NCBI GenBank assembly: GCA_000708835.1
Contig: DF237022.1
Coordinates: 164,237 to 228,236, forward strand
DNA length: 64,000 nt
Direction of reading: 5' to 3'
Origin: Klebsormidium nitens
Lineage: Eukaryota > Plantae > Klebsormidiophyceae
Below the pieces are notes generated by a model. The model saw only the letters and a program-made list of their open reading frames with translations. It searched no databases and was not told the DNA's origin. Position 1 is the first letter of the stretch; every line of letters starts with the position of its first letter. Of the stretch, positions 35,290-48,500 are shown one piece after another. Both the position numbers and the translations under genes were made by a program.

Positions 35290-35800
35290 TGTTGTGTATT
35301 AACCCCAGGGCCAGAGTCCAGGGCCGCTGGCACCGGGGCGTCCGCATTAACTATAGCGAAAAGGACCGTTAACCGAAAGTGGTGATCGAAGATAAGCAAC
35401 GAGTCTGCGCGCGCGCAAGTTGAAGCATCTCTTACCGTCGATGATTGAAGCGAATAAAACGAACGGGATCGATTTCTTATGAAGAGTAAACAAGTCACTT
35501 GACACTATTTTTAGCATTGCTGGAAAATGTATCCGATACAAAAAGCCGAGAATCGTTACTGTTGAGTTTAGGCAGAGCGCCAATCGGCGACTCGGAGCCA
35601 TCGTGGAGCCCGGTCTGCACTGTGCAGGGTTTCAACTTCAAGCGGCCAAATACTTTTTTTGGCAGCCAGTCATTGTGGCACAGGCTAAGTAGAGCCAGCG
35701 CGCTTTTGGAAATTTGTACCAGCCAGAACTTCCTCACGGGCGGCCGGCAATATTCTTCCATCTATCCTGGCCAGGTCTTCAACAATGCCTTTGATGCATT
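35290..35800 (-). pseudogene. Possible retropepsin (Ty3/gypsy-type aspartic protease) relics
   Basis: Fragments WLPKKVFGRLKLKPCTVQTGLHDGSESPIG, KGIVEDLARIDGRILPA and PAALDSGPGVN resemble gypsy protease segments, but they are out of order and in separate, non-contiguous ORFs. Confidence 0.3.
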
Positions 35801-37210
35801 CAAGTGAGTTTTGGCGCTCCATACCTGAGTTTTGGGCACAGTTAGAGCTGCCAGCTGTTCGGGTTGTTTGGAGCATTGACAAGGGAGATACGACGATTTT
35901 GTAGCAGTGACAACTCTTCACTAATTGATGCAGATTTGATGCATCAAGACGTGACCGGTGGAATATGATTTCTACCAGCTGCAAGCTGCCGGCAAGCGAG
36001 CCGGCATGCAGGGTGCCTTAATTCGGCTGCGGCTGGTCGTACGTCCTAGCTCCAACTGGCTGAGATTGCCATTCAATTGAGCCCGCCCCGCTATGGGAAT
36101 CCCTGCTGGTGTGCCGTGTCGTGCCGATCAAACCGTCTTTTGCGCTACCATGACCTGTGACGTACTTCGACTCTCCCACGACTCTCCTACCGGCGTTGCT
36201 GCATTGCCCCCCCCGACGTACGTGCACGAATGATGCGCCGCGCGGGCGTGCGGCAAACTTACTAGGCAGATTCTGTCGACAGACATATTTCAGCTGATTC
36301 GACTCAGTGCACGAGATTCACTCAAACAATCAGTAGAGATATATGCGCTTTGCAGATTGATTCAAGCCAGACATGACCGTGATTCAAGTTTCACTGAACG
36401 CCAATATGCGAGGGCATCAATGGCCAATCGTCGACGGATTGGACACGGCCGCGAACCGTCCCGCAGCGACCGCCCAGCGTGAGGGCCCGGCCGGCGGCCT
36501 CGCAGGGCCCGGCGCGAGTTGAGTGCTGGATCCGATATTCGAAGAAGCCCTGCAGCTCATGCAGCGCTGCCCCAGAGCGATGCTATGACAATTTGCATCA
36601 CCGGCCGCGTCACTCAGTATCTCGTCTGCACCCTAGTGAGCAGCTTTATAACAGATGGCGATTCGAAGTTCGATTCAGCTACCGCAGTAGTTCAACGACC
36701 GCCAACTATGCACACTGACGGCTTGAGTCTAATATAGAGTGCACGGCAGACTCGAATTGGAGGATACATAGGACAATGACTCAGTGGTCCCTGTCTTTAT
36801 CGAGTTTGAGGAGAACTCGATGACGCCATAATTTCGATGTTGTGACGGAGGATGGACCTCCGTACTCGAATGTAGCGTCTGTGCCACCAGTGTGTCCACT
36901 AGCATCATGTGTCATTTCGAATCACTTCCGGCATCAGCGAATGCTGTGACTGAGCTGCTGAAAGCTCGTGCATCAGTCCGTGCATTTGTGAACGAGGCGA
37001 TATGCGTTTCGTCATGCCCCAAAGTCTCGCAAACATCCGCCGAGACTGCAGTCCGGTCGCAGCAGATTCGGAACTACGATTCATTCTAATTTAAATCATG
37101 ACCTGGTAGAAGAGTCACGCGAACGGATCTCAGGTCTATCCCGACCAATATAGCCGGGAAGAAAGCTGGCTGCTGGAAAGACATGTTCACCTTAGATAAT
37201 ATACAAACTG

Positions 37211-37642
37211 TTATTGCGGCTGATCACAACTACCTGACAGTAAATCGACGATTCGGGCCTTCAGGGTCTTCATAAGCAGTCGGAGACGTGCGGCCTCGTT
37301 GCTAATCTCCAGGAACTGCACGCAGGAAAGACACGGAAGCAGCGCTTTAGAGACGGACGTAGATTTACAATTTTTTTTGGGCTGAGTAGATCCAGCATAT
37401 ACATTCAGCGCGTTCCAAACAATAGGAACTTCTCCGATCACAACAGAAGTCCTGAAGTCATACCGTTTGGCTTTGCGATCAAACTTTGCAGATTGAACGT
37501 CAGATTTGATTATAACTTCTTTTCCAACACCTTTCTTGCAGACGCGATCTCTCACGGCATCGGGCCAGGACAAATGTTGACCTCTTATTTTTCGACCGCA
37601 GAAGCGCAGCATCCCCGGGTGAGCGACAGCAATGACTTCCAA
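37211..37642 (-). CDS. Unassigned 143-aa ORF with globular-looking composition
   Basis: The ORF starts immediately after the stop of the coiled-coil frame. No family recognised. Confidence 0.25.
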   Translation of the reverse strand: MEVIAVAHPGMLRFCGRKIRGQHLSWPDAVRDRVCKKGVGKEVIIKSDVQSAKFDRKAKRYDFRTSVVIGEVPIVWNALNVYAGSTQPKKNCKSTSVSKALLPCLSCVQFLEISNEAARLRLLMKTLKARIVDLLSGSCDQPQ

Positions 37643-37670
37643 ACGGCCGACATGCTCAGATGACTATTTG

Positions 37671-40600
37671 TCACCCCTGTGCAAGAACAACAATCGCAAA
37701 GTTACCCACCTTTGCGTTTGGACCTTTGCACTTTATGCACGGCCTTATCCTACTGCAAGCCGGCCCCGCCTTTTTCCCGTCCCCTGATCCACCAGCCAAA
37801 CGACCCCCCTGCACCGAACTCCCACACCGCAGCACCAGCCGAAGCGCCTCATTCCGTTCCGCTAGTTTCCGCAGATCCGCCCGCATCTGCCCGCACACCT
37901 CTTCCAGCGCCGCCCGGAGCTCCGTGTCCCCGCCACGTGGCGGCTTCTCCTGCTGACACGTGGCGCCGGACTGCTCCGAATCTGTCCCAAGGGAAACCGA
38001 CTTACAAGCCTCTTTCAGTTGGGCGTGCACTTGCCTCANNNNNNNNNNNNNNNNNNNNAAAAAAAAAAAAAAAAAAAACCCCTCGAGGCACGCCGCCAGC
38101 GACGTCTCCGCAAGCCTCTCGAGGGGATCCCCCCGGCTGACGTCACGCCCGCTGACGTCACGTGACGCGTCCGACTCGGACGCCCGCGCTACGCGCTCCT
38201 GCAGCGAGTGCATCTGCGACAGCAACTCCCCGATGCCGTTCTGAGCGACCCGCAGCTGTGCCTCCGCCCCTTCCGTGGTCGCCCTTCCGGCCCCGTCCAT
38301 TTCAACCGTCCGCGTCAAGCCGTCCGAACGCCCTGCGCTTGTCTTTCCTGACAATTGTTCGTCCGGCGCTGTCCGAAATGTTGAACCGTCGTTTCTGTAG
38401 AGGGGAACCCAGCTCCGACTCGGAACGTCGAGCGGAGTGGCACTCTCCTTGGGCGTCCGAACACGCTCCTCCGTCCGATGCACGTCCGCGGAAACCCGTG
38501 CCTGAACCACGGACGTTCTCGCCCGTCTAGATACGTCTTCCATCCCCTTGCCACCGTTCTAAGAAGGAGACCCTCGCGGGTCTGGCAACGAGGACTCCAA
38601 ACGATCGAGTGTATTAACACCGCCCCTGCTGCTCACTACGTCAAACCCATCGAGCTCATTCACACCGTCCCTCGACTCCACCGTCTCAGCCCTTGTGAAA
38701 TCATCCAAACTGCTCCTGATTGCGAGCCCATTCACACCTGCTCTTTGCACCCGTCACTTCGAGCTTCAACCCCAGCCACCTCCGCTCTAGTTCCGCCAAT
38801 TCACCCCTCGTCTTGGTTAACTCCTGCTTCGCGTCCCTAACCTCCTCCTTAACCCGCCTGTAAACCCCCTTCGCTTGCTCGGTTTCCTCCTTAACTAACC
38901 GCAACTTCGCCTCGGCCGCGCTAACTCGCCCCCTAACCCGCGCACTTTCTTCCCCGGCGGCCTTTACCTCGTCCTTAACCCGCTCCAGCTCAGCACTCTC
39001 GTCAGCTGACCGGTCGCTTAGCGCCTTAACACGACCAGTCAACTCTTCGCACTGCGCCTCCAACTCCACTTTCTGCCCGCGTCTCTTCCCGACCCCCTCC
39101 GCCATTGACCGCGCCTCCTCTCTCAGGATCTTTAGATTTCCCTCTTCGGCTGCCGCAGCCTCCTTCGCAAACTTCACCTTCGCCTCCAGAACCTTTACCC
39201 GTTCCTCCTTCCGCAAAACCCGCTCCTCGAACCCTCGGATTCCCTCCGCCACTTTCGCCATCTCTTCACTCCCTCCCCCCCCTCCCATCGCTTCCAACGC
39301 GCCTTCCAGATCGTCAGCAAGGGATCCCTCTTGCGTCACCCCATCCACCTTCCGCCCACGTGGGTTAAGAGAAAGCATCTGCTCTAACCGCCTTTTAACC
39401 GCTTCCAACGCACCGCCCGCGGCCTTCGCTTGCGCCTGCGCCTCTTCCGCTTCCCGTCGCGCATTTAATGCCGTCTCCTTGAGCAGTGCCAGCTCATCGC
39501 GTGCCACTTCAGCATCTTGGGAGGCCCGGAGGGCGCGCTCCTCCTGGCTCTGGCACTCGCGGCGACTCGCCAGCAGGTAGACCTGCAAGATGGTTGCCAC
39601 GAGAGCAGAAGATCAGACATTTGAGCAGGCAAAGACGAGGCAAGCCAAGGTGAGCGTCAGTATAAATTTTCCGTACCAGATTGCAGGAGGTGATAATTTC
39701 AGGGTAATATTTGCTTCCTTCAGAAAGTACTGCGTTTTGCGAAAATTCCTCTTAAATGGCCGAATAACTACCTGCTTGTCGCGAGTTTCGCGTTGCAGAT
39801 TTCCCAGCATTTGTGCGCTGATAAGATTGACCAGCAAGCGACTCAAACACGGTTTCTACTAGACCTCGGGGAATTGACCGTGACACGAAGCATCGCCTGG
39901 AACGCTGACGGCAGCAACTCTAGCATCCCTCCCTTAAACGGAGTGAAAGCACCCTGCGTCTTCTCAGAAGTCGTCTATCAGTCTTCAAGTACGCGATTCC
40001 CGAATAAAACCAGATTCTTTGCTAGAAAAGGGTAGGTGACGCTTTACAGGGAGACAGAAAAGACGATGAACTAGAAGCGACCTGTGTTCGAGCAGATCGG
40101 TGAAAGAGGCGTCTCCGACGAAGAGGCGTAGCTTTTTGTATACGAAAATAGAAAGGATAAAAGTAAGAAGGGTGAAGGTGGAAACATGAAGCGGATAGCG
40201 TACCTTCACGTCCATAAGCTCTCCTTGCAGTGATGCCAGCTTCTCATCGAGCGCCGCCCCAGCCTCCTCTTCCGCTGCACCGTTCCGGCCCCACCCCGCT
40301 CCATTTCGACCGGATTCCGGCGTCTCCCTCTCCGCGGCTGCCTTCCGCAGCTGGGCACGTGCCCGGCCAGCTGGCGCTCTGCTACCTCATGTTCGCCTCG
40401 GAGCTGAAAATGGGGCCAGTTGAAAAAGGTTAGAACTTGATTAAGCAAAAGCACTATCAACCACTCGATCACCGCTGATCACGCGTATGCATTTAAAAGA
40501 GTGCAGCGTTGTACAGCAAAGAGGCAACGGTGCTTTGGAGAGTAATGCTCGGGCCTTGGGACGATCGGAGGTGCCCAAGGTGCCCAATATTGTCCACAAC

Positions 40601-41570
40601 CATAGTTGCTGGCGTGTAAGTTAACGCCCAAGAATTGGTGATGATAAGAGCCTGGAGGACTTCCACAAGAAAACAGAATCGATCGAGCCCAATGAGCGAA
40701 ACGTGATGCAATTGATCTCAATTCTGTTGTCCCATAACGAGAATCAGGCAAGAACACGCAGTTGAGCAACGACGTGTCCACTTCATTCGACATGGGATAC
40801 ACCATGGTCAGCTTTGCCTACTACATCTCAAATCTTGGCTCTGAAGGGACTTTGTCTGCATGGGATAGCCACATCTCGAGCCAGATGCACAAGCAGAAAG
40901 TAACGAACAGAGATTTCAGCCACTTCGAGTTTTGACGCCACGCACAGTAGTAGGTAGTTCCGCTCCTGGCGGCACAGTCGGCGCTTACCTCAGCAACTCG
41001 CCGCTCTGATTGATCCGCTTCCCGTCTCCCTTCTTCCACGCGGTCCCACAAACCCCGCTAGTCGTTCCTTAACCCTCTAAGCTTCCCCTCGGCCTCACCC
41101 AAGCTCTGCCGCACCCTTAGAACTTCCTCCTCGCCCTGCCGTAACGCGCTCTCCGTTCCTCGCAAGCGCTTCAACAAAACCTTCCGGTCACTCTCCAGCC
41201 GATCAACCCTCTGGGTCGCCTCTTCAACCAGCTCTTCCAGCGACCGCAGTTTCTCTCAAGGTTTCTCCGCCTCCTCCGCGGCTGCCAGGGCCTCCTTCCG
41301 GAATTCGCGGGCCCTCTCCCGTTCATTCTCGACCTCTGTTTGCGCGCTCTCTACCTGTTCCTTCAGGCTTAGCAGAGTGTACTCGCTTGCGCAGACGTTC
41401 CGTTTTTCTCGCCGTCACGTTCCGCTCTCGAACCGCCCGCCGGCAGACCGGCACTCTTTCTTGACGGAACCCAACTCCTTGCTAGCTTTCAAAACCTCCC
41501 CTTAAGCTTCCACAGCTCCGCTTCCGTTTTCCAAACCTCACCTTATAAACCCCGTGGGGCTCTTTCTCTG
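37671..41570 (-). pseudogene. Long coiled-coil protein gene with disabled 5' exons
   Basis: E/K/R/A-rich heptad frames at 41570-40990, 40405-40205, 39585-38701 and 38543-37671. In-frame TGA (~41278) and TAG (~41058) and a frameshift at ~40360. A 20-N gap and poly-A lie at 38039-38078. Confidence 0.55.
38039..38058. other. Assembly gap (20 N)
   Basis: N run. Confidence 1.
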
Positions 41571-41916
41571 CCCGCATCATTACCGTACGAGCCTGACGAG
41601 CCTGCTGATTGTGACGTAACAACTGTAAACAATAACTTTTCATTCATTCATTCATACTTCTATTATAAGGACCGTAGCTTGCGCCCGGACGGGCCATGGG
41701 CCCGAACGGTGCGATCAACACAGGATTCGACTGAATGATCGGTAAGTTGAACGATGTAATGGAAGTTGTAATGCCGGCGTGTGCCCTTACTCAATTTGAA
41801 ATTTGACAGGTATACGTATATGATATATTTTGTATATGATATCGTTCATATGCATGATGCACATACATGTGCATGCTATCCAACCATGCCATGACTCATG
41901 GTGGTTGATATATATT

Positions 41917-41938
41917 CCATGGTCACTAGTGACCATGG
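41917..41938. repeat. Perfect 22-bp palindrome CCATGGTCACTAGTGACCATGG
   Basis: Directly read; sits in a CATG-rich intergenic tract. Confidence 0.95.
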
Positions 41939-42558
41939 GTTGGGAGGTTCTCATGTAGTTACTAACCAACGAAAGATGAAACTTAGCGCTCAGCTTATCC
42001 AATCCATGCGCATCATGCCAGCGTCAATCGGCGGCCCCCCCACTGGGCCATGGACAATCATGAATATGATGGCTGATTGACTAGCTCGGTCACTGGTGCA
42101 AAAAAATGCATGATCGTGTGTCAGTGTATCCTTTGGGGCAGCGCGGCGGGCGGTGGCCGTGTTCAATTGCCAAGTTGCCGCACGAAACTTACATTCAGCT
42201 TGTTTGATTGAATCAATTCACTGTCAGACGATAAACTTAATTCAACCAATGATGCCGGGACGCCGGCCTCCTTATAAGACGGTCAACTTTTAAACAATCC
42301 AATCAAGCTTTGCGCAACGCTCCTAGTGCACAGGCCCCGCCGTGCAACGGTCCAATATCATGTACAGTTCCGTATCAACTATTTTACATTGAGACAACCA
42401 CAATAGGAGAGCCTAATACGTCAGCTACCATGTTGATAGCTATCAAGAGCCGAGGCAAATCACTGAGAAGCGCCTAGGGTTGGATCAATGCACCACCGGA
42501 ATGCATGCCCTGCCATTCTTGTCTATCTACAAAACCTACAAACTCCTTGCGGTTGCCT

Positions 42559-45500
42559 CTAAACTTCCGAAGTCTTGCGCCAGATTTTGCCAGCGCCGAA
42601 GCCTTCCGCCCACCTCTTCAGTCTCTCCTTGTTCCCAACTCGAACGGCGCCCAACCGACCAGCTTGCGCCTCCATGTCTGCCAAGGCTTGCCCGTGCCCC
42701 AAAGCAGCAGCCTTGCTGAGAAACTCGTGGGCCTTGCTCAGGTCCTCCCTCCTGTGAAGCGAAGTCCGCTTCGCCCCCTTCCTGTAGAGCAGACTCAGCT
42801 GGTAGTGCGCCTCCGCAAGACCCTGCTCGGCCGCCCTCTCGAACCACCATAGAGCCTTTGCAGGGGGCAGGCACTTGCCCCGAGCAAGTTGTGCGGGCGC
42901 GTAGCCCGATCCAGCCGCCCGTAGGAACCACTTGGAAGCCTTGCCCCGGTCCTTCCGTACTCCTGTCCCCGACAGGTAGCACTCGCCAACAACATGTTGC
43001 GCGGGGGCGTACCCCTTGCCGGCGGCTTCCTTGTAGTATCCGAACACTTTCTTCAGGGGCACCGCTTTGTGCGTCAACAAGCTCTGCGGCGTATCCCGCT
43101 GCTTGAGATAGTACCGCCCCAGGAGAGCGTTGGCGAGGGCGGCCCCTTGCGCGGCAGCCTGGCCCAACCAATACACCGCTTTCGCCTCATCCTCGTTCCA
43201 GTACTTCACCCCCAAGGCCGTCTCAAACAAAGGGTCATTTGCCTGTGTGGCCCACCGGAGAAGCTCCGTCTCGGCCGCTGTTATGAGCCACTCCGCCAAG
43301 GCCGGGTTACGCTTCACGCCCCCCGACCCCTCCCGGCACGCAGTCGCCAACACGAGCTTCGCTATGGGCTCCGCCAGATGAATCACCCGGCTGGCATACT
43401 CAACGCCCCGCTCCTTGTCCTGGGGTACCCCCTTTCCGTAAAAGTAGCAATCGGAGAGTGCAGCCCACGCCTCGGGCAGTCCCCCCGGGCCCTCACCCGC
43501 CATCTCGAAATAATCGGCCGCCGTTGCCTCGTCGAAAGAAACCCCCAAGCAGGGGACGCTGAAGCAGATGCCGAGCTGGAACTGGGCTCTTGGGTCTCCG
43601 TCCCTGGCTCCGGCTTTGAGCTTGTCAAGAGTCGTCCCGGTTTGGAGGCGGGGGGCCAGGGAAACGAGGGAATGGGCGTTGTCAGAGTAGTTGGGGGTTT
43701 CGGTCGGCAGCGGGTATCGCACCCTGCTGGCCCAGCTGCGAATCTCCCTCCTAAGATCATAGTTGGGGGTGAGCTCGATTCTCCCCGGGTGTTGGATGGT
43801 CCCGGGACCGCTACCGCTGAAAAAGAAGAGGATCCAGGCTTAAGCAAAACTGGCATCTCATGAGCAGTGGCTATCCCACGGGCGCCTGATATTGTGCACA
43901 CCTAACAGAGCTGCGATTTCAGATGTTTTTCTTCCTTGGCACGCCTTCAAGTAGCCAGAATAGCAGGATTCAAGTCCCTCATCGGTTATGCGCATTTGCA
44001 GTGGTTACTGAAAGATTTCGCCTTGTTGCCCGTGAGAAACAGTTTTTAGCTCTAAATTCTGATTGCACTTGGAGATGAAAAAGACCCTAGAGCTCTAGTT
44101 CCAGATCATTGTGCCGAGCACCATCTTTGGAGGTGTGGACAGGAAGGACCTTTTGCTGGCTTCCTCTTTCCGTCCTTCTTCCGGACCTTCATCAAGGTTT
44201 CACGAACTACAGAAGCTTGATGTGCGGACCTATGTAGGACCCAAGTTGACTGATAACTCCGACAGTCAACTGTGCAGTCGAGAAGTCGGACGCATCTGAA
44301 CCCACTAAAGAACCACAAGAGAGCCGCATAAGGCCTTGCCACAAACTGACTAGCAGTCGCAGTACTCCAGCCCTAGCAGCCTTCTTGAGACGGGGGTCCA
44401 GAAAGTCCAGCTACCTTACATGAGTGAAACCTCTTCTTTCGCAATATCAATGGAACACAAAAGACGAGACAAAGGAGCTAAGCCATTGGCAGCCAAAGAG
44501 TACCTAGGAATGGCCGAAGAATGGGGACAACCAAAAAGGCATTGGCTTTGCAAAGCTTATCCAAAGTTGAGCTGAGCTTCGTGCAACAGGAAATCAGTCC
44601 AACAGATTGGAGAATGTTTGAACCACCTAGGAACTACGAGAGGAGATTTTTTTTTGACACGAAATGCAGCTGTCGGCTGTCCCATTACGCAAAACTGAAG
44701 CCAAAACCGATCACAGCTGAAGCTGACAGCTGCGAGATGCTTTTGTAATCCAACAACGCCGCCGGAGAGAGTACTGCTCGCCTTACCTTAGCCACTGCTG
44801 AACCGCGGCCCTCTCGTAGGACTGGCGGCTGCTGAAGAGGAACACTGGGTCCACCATAACGCCTCCCGTGATCGGACACCGGTAGTTGGCCGGGACGTCC
44901 TCTTCAGTCGACTCGCTCGCGCCAGGCGTCGTCTCCGTATTGTGCAGACTCCGCAGTGGTAAAAGCTCCTGGGTAGTCGCGTCCCATGGGACCATGTGAC
45001 CCGCCGATCCCTGGCGATCCGCGAGGTTCTGGTTCTGTTCCTCCAACGGAGCAGGGGGTTTGTAGGAGCAGAGGACGGGAGCAATCTCCTGCGGGGCCGC
45101 CATGTCTTGGGCCAGTTCGTGGATGGTCCTTAGTTGAGGCAGAAGATGCATAATTCGATCAGGCCTGTCCTCAACCGCGGGCGTTGTGCACTGGACGCCA
45201 AGGAGGGCGAGCTGCAGAGAGGCAACACCGGGTGTTGAGTCGCCGCAGAACGATAGGATTCGAAATCAGGGGCGTTGACGGGAGGAACTAGACGCAGAGG
45301 GGCGCGGAGTGGCAGCTTGAGGTTGCTGTCAGGCGATATCTGCCGATTGGGAAGCGGTCCTTGTAAATTTAGCAATGCAAAGCACGCGGGTCGACCTCTC
45401 TGGAGTATTTAAGAAAACGCCTGACAGCAGCTGTCCGGATGAGACTCATATACCATTCGTAAACCATTACCTTGCACTAGAAGACAACCCCACTACGTCC

Positions 45501-48500
45501 AGATTATGATAGTTTGCCTTGTCAAGCCGGTGTTTTTTTGAGTCCTATTGAAGAAAGAAGCATTCTCGCATGCCGGCAGAGTAGCTGCAATCTGCTAAGA
45601 TTTACCGCCGTGTGAATTGCAATTATCGTAGCCTCAAAATCGCCGAGGTCTACTGCCAAAGGACGTTGTACAAACGAGCGGTTGGAGCGGGTCACCTGAT
45701 CTTTTCATTCCACGATTAGCCGAGGACTCTTCTCCACGAATTATAAGCAAAAGCGAAGGTACAAGACAATTGAATGGCTGACCTTATGCGCCACGTACTC
45801 TGGCCACCTCCCAGCCGTCCGATCGAGGAGCGCCATGAAACCCCCCTCATCGAGAGCGTCCTTCATGGCACCCACGACGTCGTGGGGCGCGCGATTGGTC
45901 AGAAGCTGGAGGACGCAGATGCCGAAAGCGTACACGTCACTTTCCGTGGATTGGGGGTCCGCAGAGTCCCCGTTCCGTTGGCCCTCTGCACGGAGGAAAG
46001 GCGTCGGCCGATTAGGTCTGCGAGTTTGCGAACTTGCAGACGCAAGCAAAGCTAGTTCTGCAATCAGAAGGCCTAGGGCTTGGCAGAGATCAGCTCAAAG
46101 CCTTTGGTGAAAAAGCAGCGCAGAAAGTACGTCAATCTCGCCACGAATGCCCTGTGAGAGGAGCACCAAGGAGCGGAAAGGGTCGCTTTGTTACAAATAA
46201 CTGTCCTTGGGCACAATTTGTCCTTTTCCAGTCGTATCTGTCAAATGTTTCATGTCGAACCCGCACTGTCTGAAGTAACAAGCTCAACAATCCTGCGATG
46301 CTGCTGGCTCCAAACCCACAACTCTGTCCATCGATCAGCAGGCTTCCATCCCTCGAACCGGCTGAAAGGCCCGGATACCATACGAGAATATTTCTCCTAG
46401 CCCGAACCTTGAAAGAAAGTCGGCAGCTGGACGCTGCAAAACAGCCCACCGGTCACTCGATGAGGCCAAAACGTGACCCCACAACAGTACAAAAAGGAGA
46501 ACGTGTTGCGATCTCGTTACCTGGGTCTGTGGAGATCTGACGGCCGGAGTCGCTCTCGGGAGTCCGTTGGGGCCCTTCGCTGCTGCTCCGGGCCGTCTTT
46601 GCCATCGCCGCGGTGGCGAGCTCGGGTGGCGCACTCGCGACCCCGACGTCAGCCAGCTTGGCGGTGACGTTCTCGTCCAGCAGGATGTTGGACGGCGTCA
46701 GATTCTCATGGATGATGTGGGGGCGGGAGGTGTGAATGTACTGCAGCGCCTCCGCAATCTGCAGCAGCAAAAGCATTTTCAGTTCTAATGGAGGGTCGGA
46801 ATATACTTCAACTTTCCTTTTTTTACGTTTCTATCTGAAAGTTTAGGATGCAGAAGTTGAACCTTTAAGAGCTGTGGCATTCCAACAAGCTATGGTTCAG
46901 GCGCGGCGGAATCTTGCAAGTAGATCTAGCGTCGCCAAGTTTGGGCGCAGGTTGATCGACTACACGAAATCCCTAGAAGGCGGAATGTCAAATGCGACAA
47001 TTCTTTTGTCTCATTCAAGGCCAGGAGACTCCTACCGGTCTAACACGAACTCAAATCCCCCAGTCGAACCGCAGCTCAACAGATATCGAAAGTTTAGAAG
47101 GGACCTGCATACTTTTGAGCTCTAGAAGCATCAGAAGCGTAGCCGTGTCGGGCAACAGACTGCCTCTGACCAAAAGCTGGTCGATGCAACCGATGCGCGC
47201 GTATACAATCGAATTCGTCAGAGCACTTTCAAGAAACATGGATTGGCAATCGAAGAAAAAGGTGCTGGAAAGATGTGGTTGAATCGAAAGCGGATCTTAA
47301 AGCATAATCTGAAGTTATCCTGACTTCCAGCACAGGGGTTTTCCCTGATAATAAACCACTGGTCGGTTACGGGCTGGTTGGTCGCTGGTGTTGCATCACA
47401 CAACCAGACTCGGGCGTTGACCAGCATTGTATCGAAGTTAAAGCCAGCTTATTTGTCAAATCACCAGCCTCAAAGCTGGTAAGCAGCAAAACCACTGTGC
47501 AGAGTGCACAACACAACCTACCTCCACCGCGATTCTAATCCGCTCAAACCAGGGCAACGGCGCAGAGTCGCCCTTTCCGGCCAGGCAGTCCTCGAGGGAG
47601 CCGTTGGCGCAGTACTCGTAAACAAGGCAGCCGCCGCGCTCGGGGGAGTAGCCAAGGAGCGTCGCGACGTGCGGGTGACGCAGGCGGCTCAGAATCTCCA
47701 CCTTGCGCCGAATTTCGCCAGGATCCTGCGAGCCGAGCAAACGGGTTGAAACGAAACCCTCGAGCCGATCTAGGTGAGAGGAGTTAACTTCGATTTTGCA
47801 CCTCGCGTTGGGGCTGCAGCGAGGCTGGGGGTAAAGTAAACGCGATTAAGGATTATGACGCAGAAACGCCGCCGCCGCTTTGCAGGGACACTGCCGGAAA
47901 GGCCAGAGCGCGAAGAGAGGAGTCAGCGAATGTACTGAACGCAGGGTAGGGAAGAGAATCCTGAGGGAGCTCGACATAGGGCATGTGAACTAATGGAAGG
48001 GTTAGACGAGACCATTCTGAATCAGCAAAAAGCTCCATTCCTACGCAAATTCTGCAAACTCTGGCTGCTCGTTTTCGTGCTGTCCGCCGTTTCCATTCCC
48101 GAACCGGATGCGTCGAGGAACTTCCATGACGGCCCTGGCACAATGTACAAGAAAGCGTCGGGCCAACCAAAGCATTTTCACGGCTGTTCGGGAGGGAGCA
48201 CATTCTGCCCCTACCTGCAGACCTTCCAGGTCTAGGAGTTTGAGGGACACTGGCGCGCCGTCCAGCTGGCCACGATAGACCTTCCCGAGCAGTCCTCCGA
48301 GCAGCTTTGCCGAGCCAAAGTTGTCCGTCGCCACCTCTAGATCTTGGTATGTGAAGATACGGACGCTCCGCAATACCTGCATAATGCAAGTTCCACGAAA
48401 TATGGTTTCTGTTAGTCAAATCGCGCTATGGAAAGAAAGGCTGGCAATGGACCCAGGGTAAGGGTGATGAGAAGGGCTGAGAAACATGTTTCGTCAACGT

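Noticed and set aside
37211-37270. KARIVDLLSG resembling C5-methyltransferase motif I
   Set aside because: It sits at the end of the ORF and lacks the F-x-G-x-G motif and any downstream PC motif.
38059-38078. Poly-A tract suggesting a retroposed insertion
   Set aside because: It abuts an N-gap directly, so it may be an assembly artefact. No TSD is assessable.
42994-43863. 289-aa plus-strand ORF and other long overlapping ORFs (e.g. 16608-17339, 49502-50050, 50034-51290)
   Set aside because: These are antisense or alternate-frame shadows of GC-rich exons or stop-free repeats.
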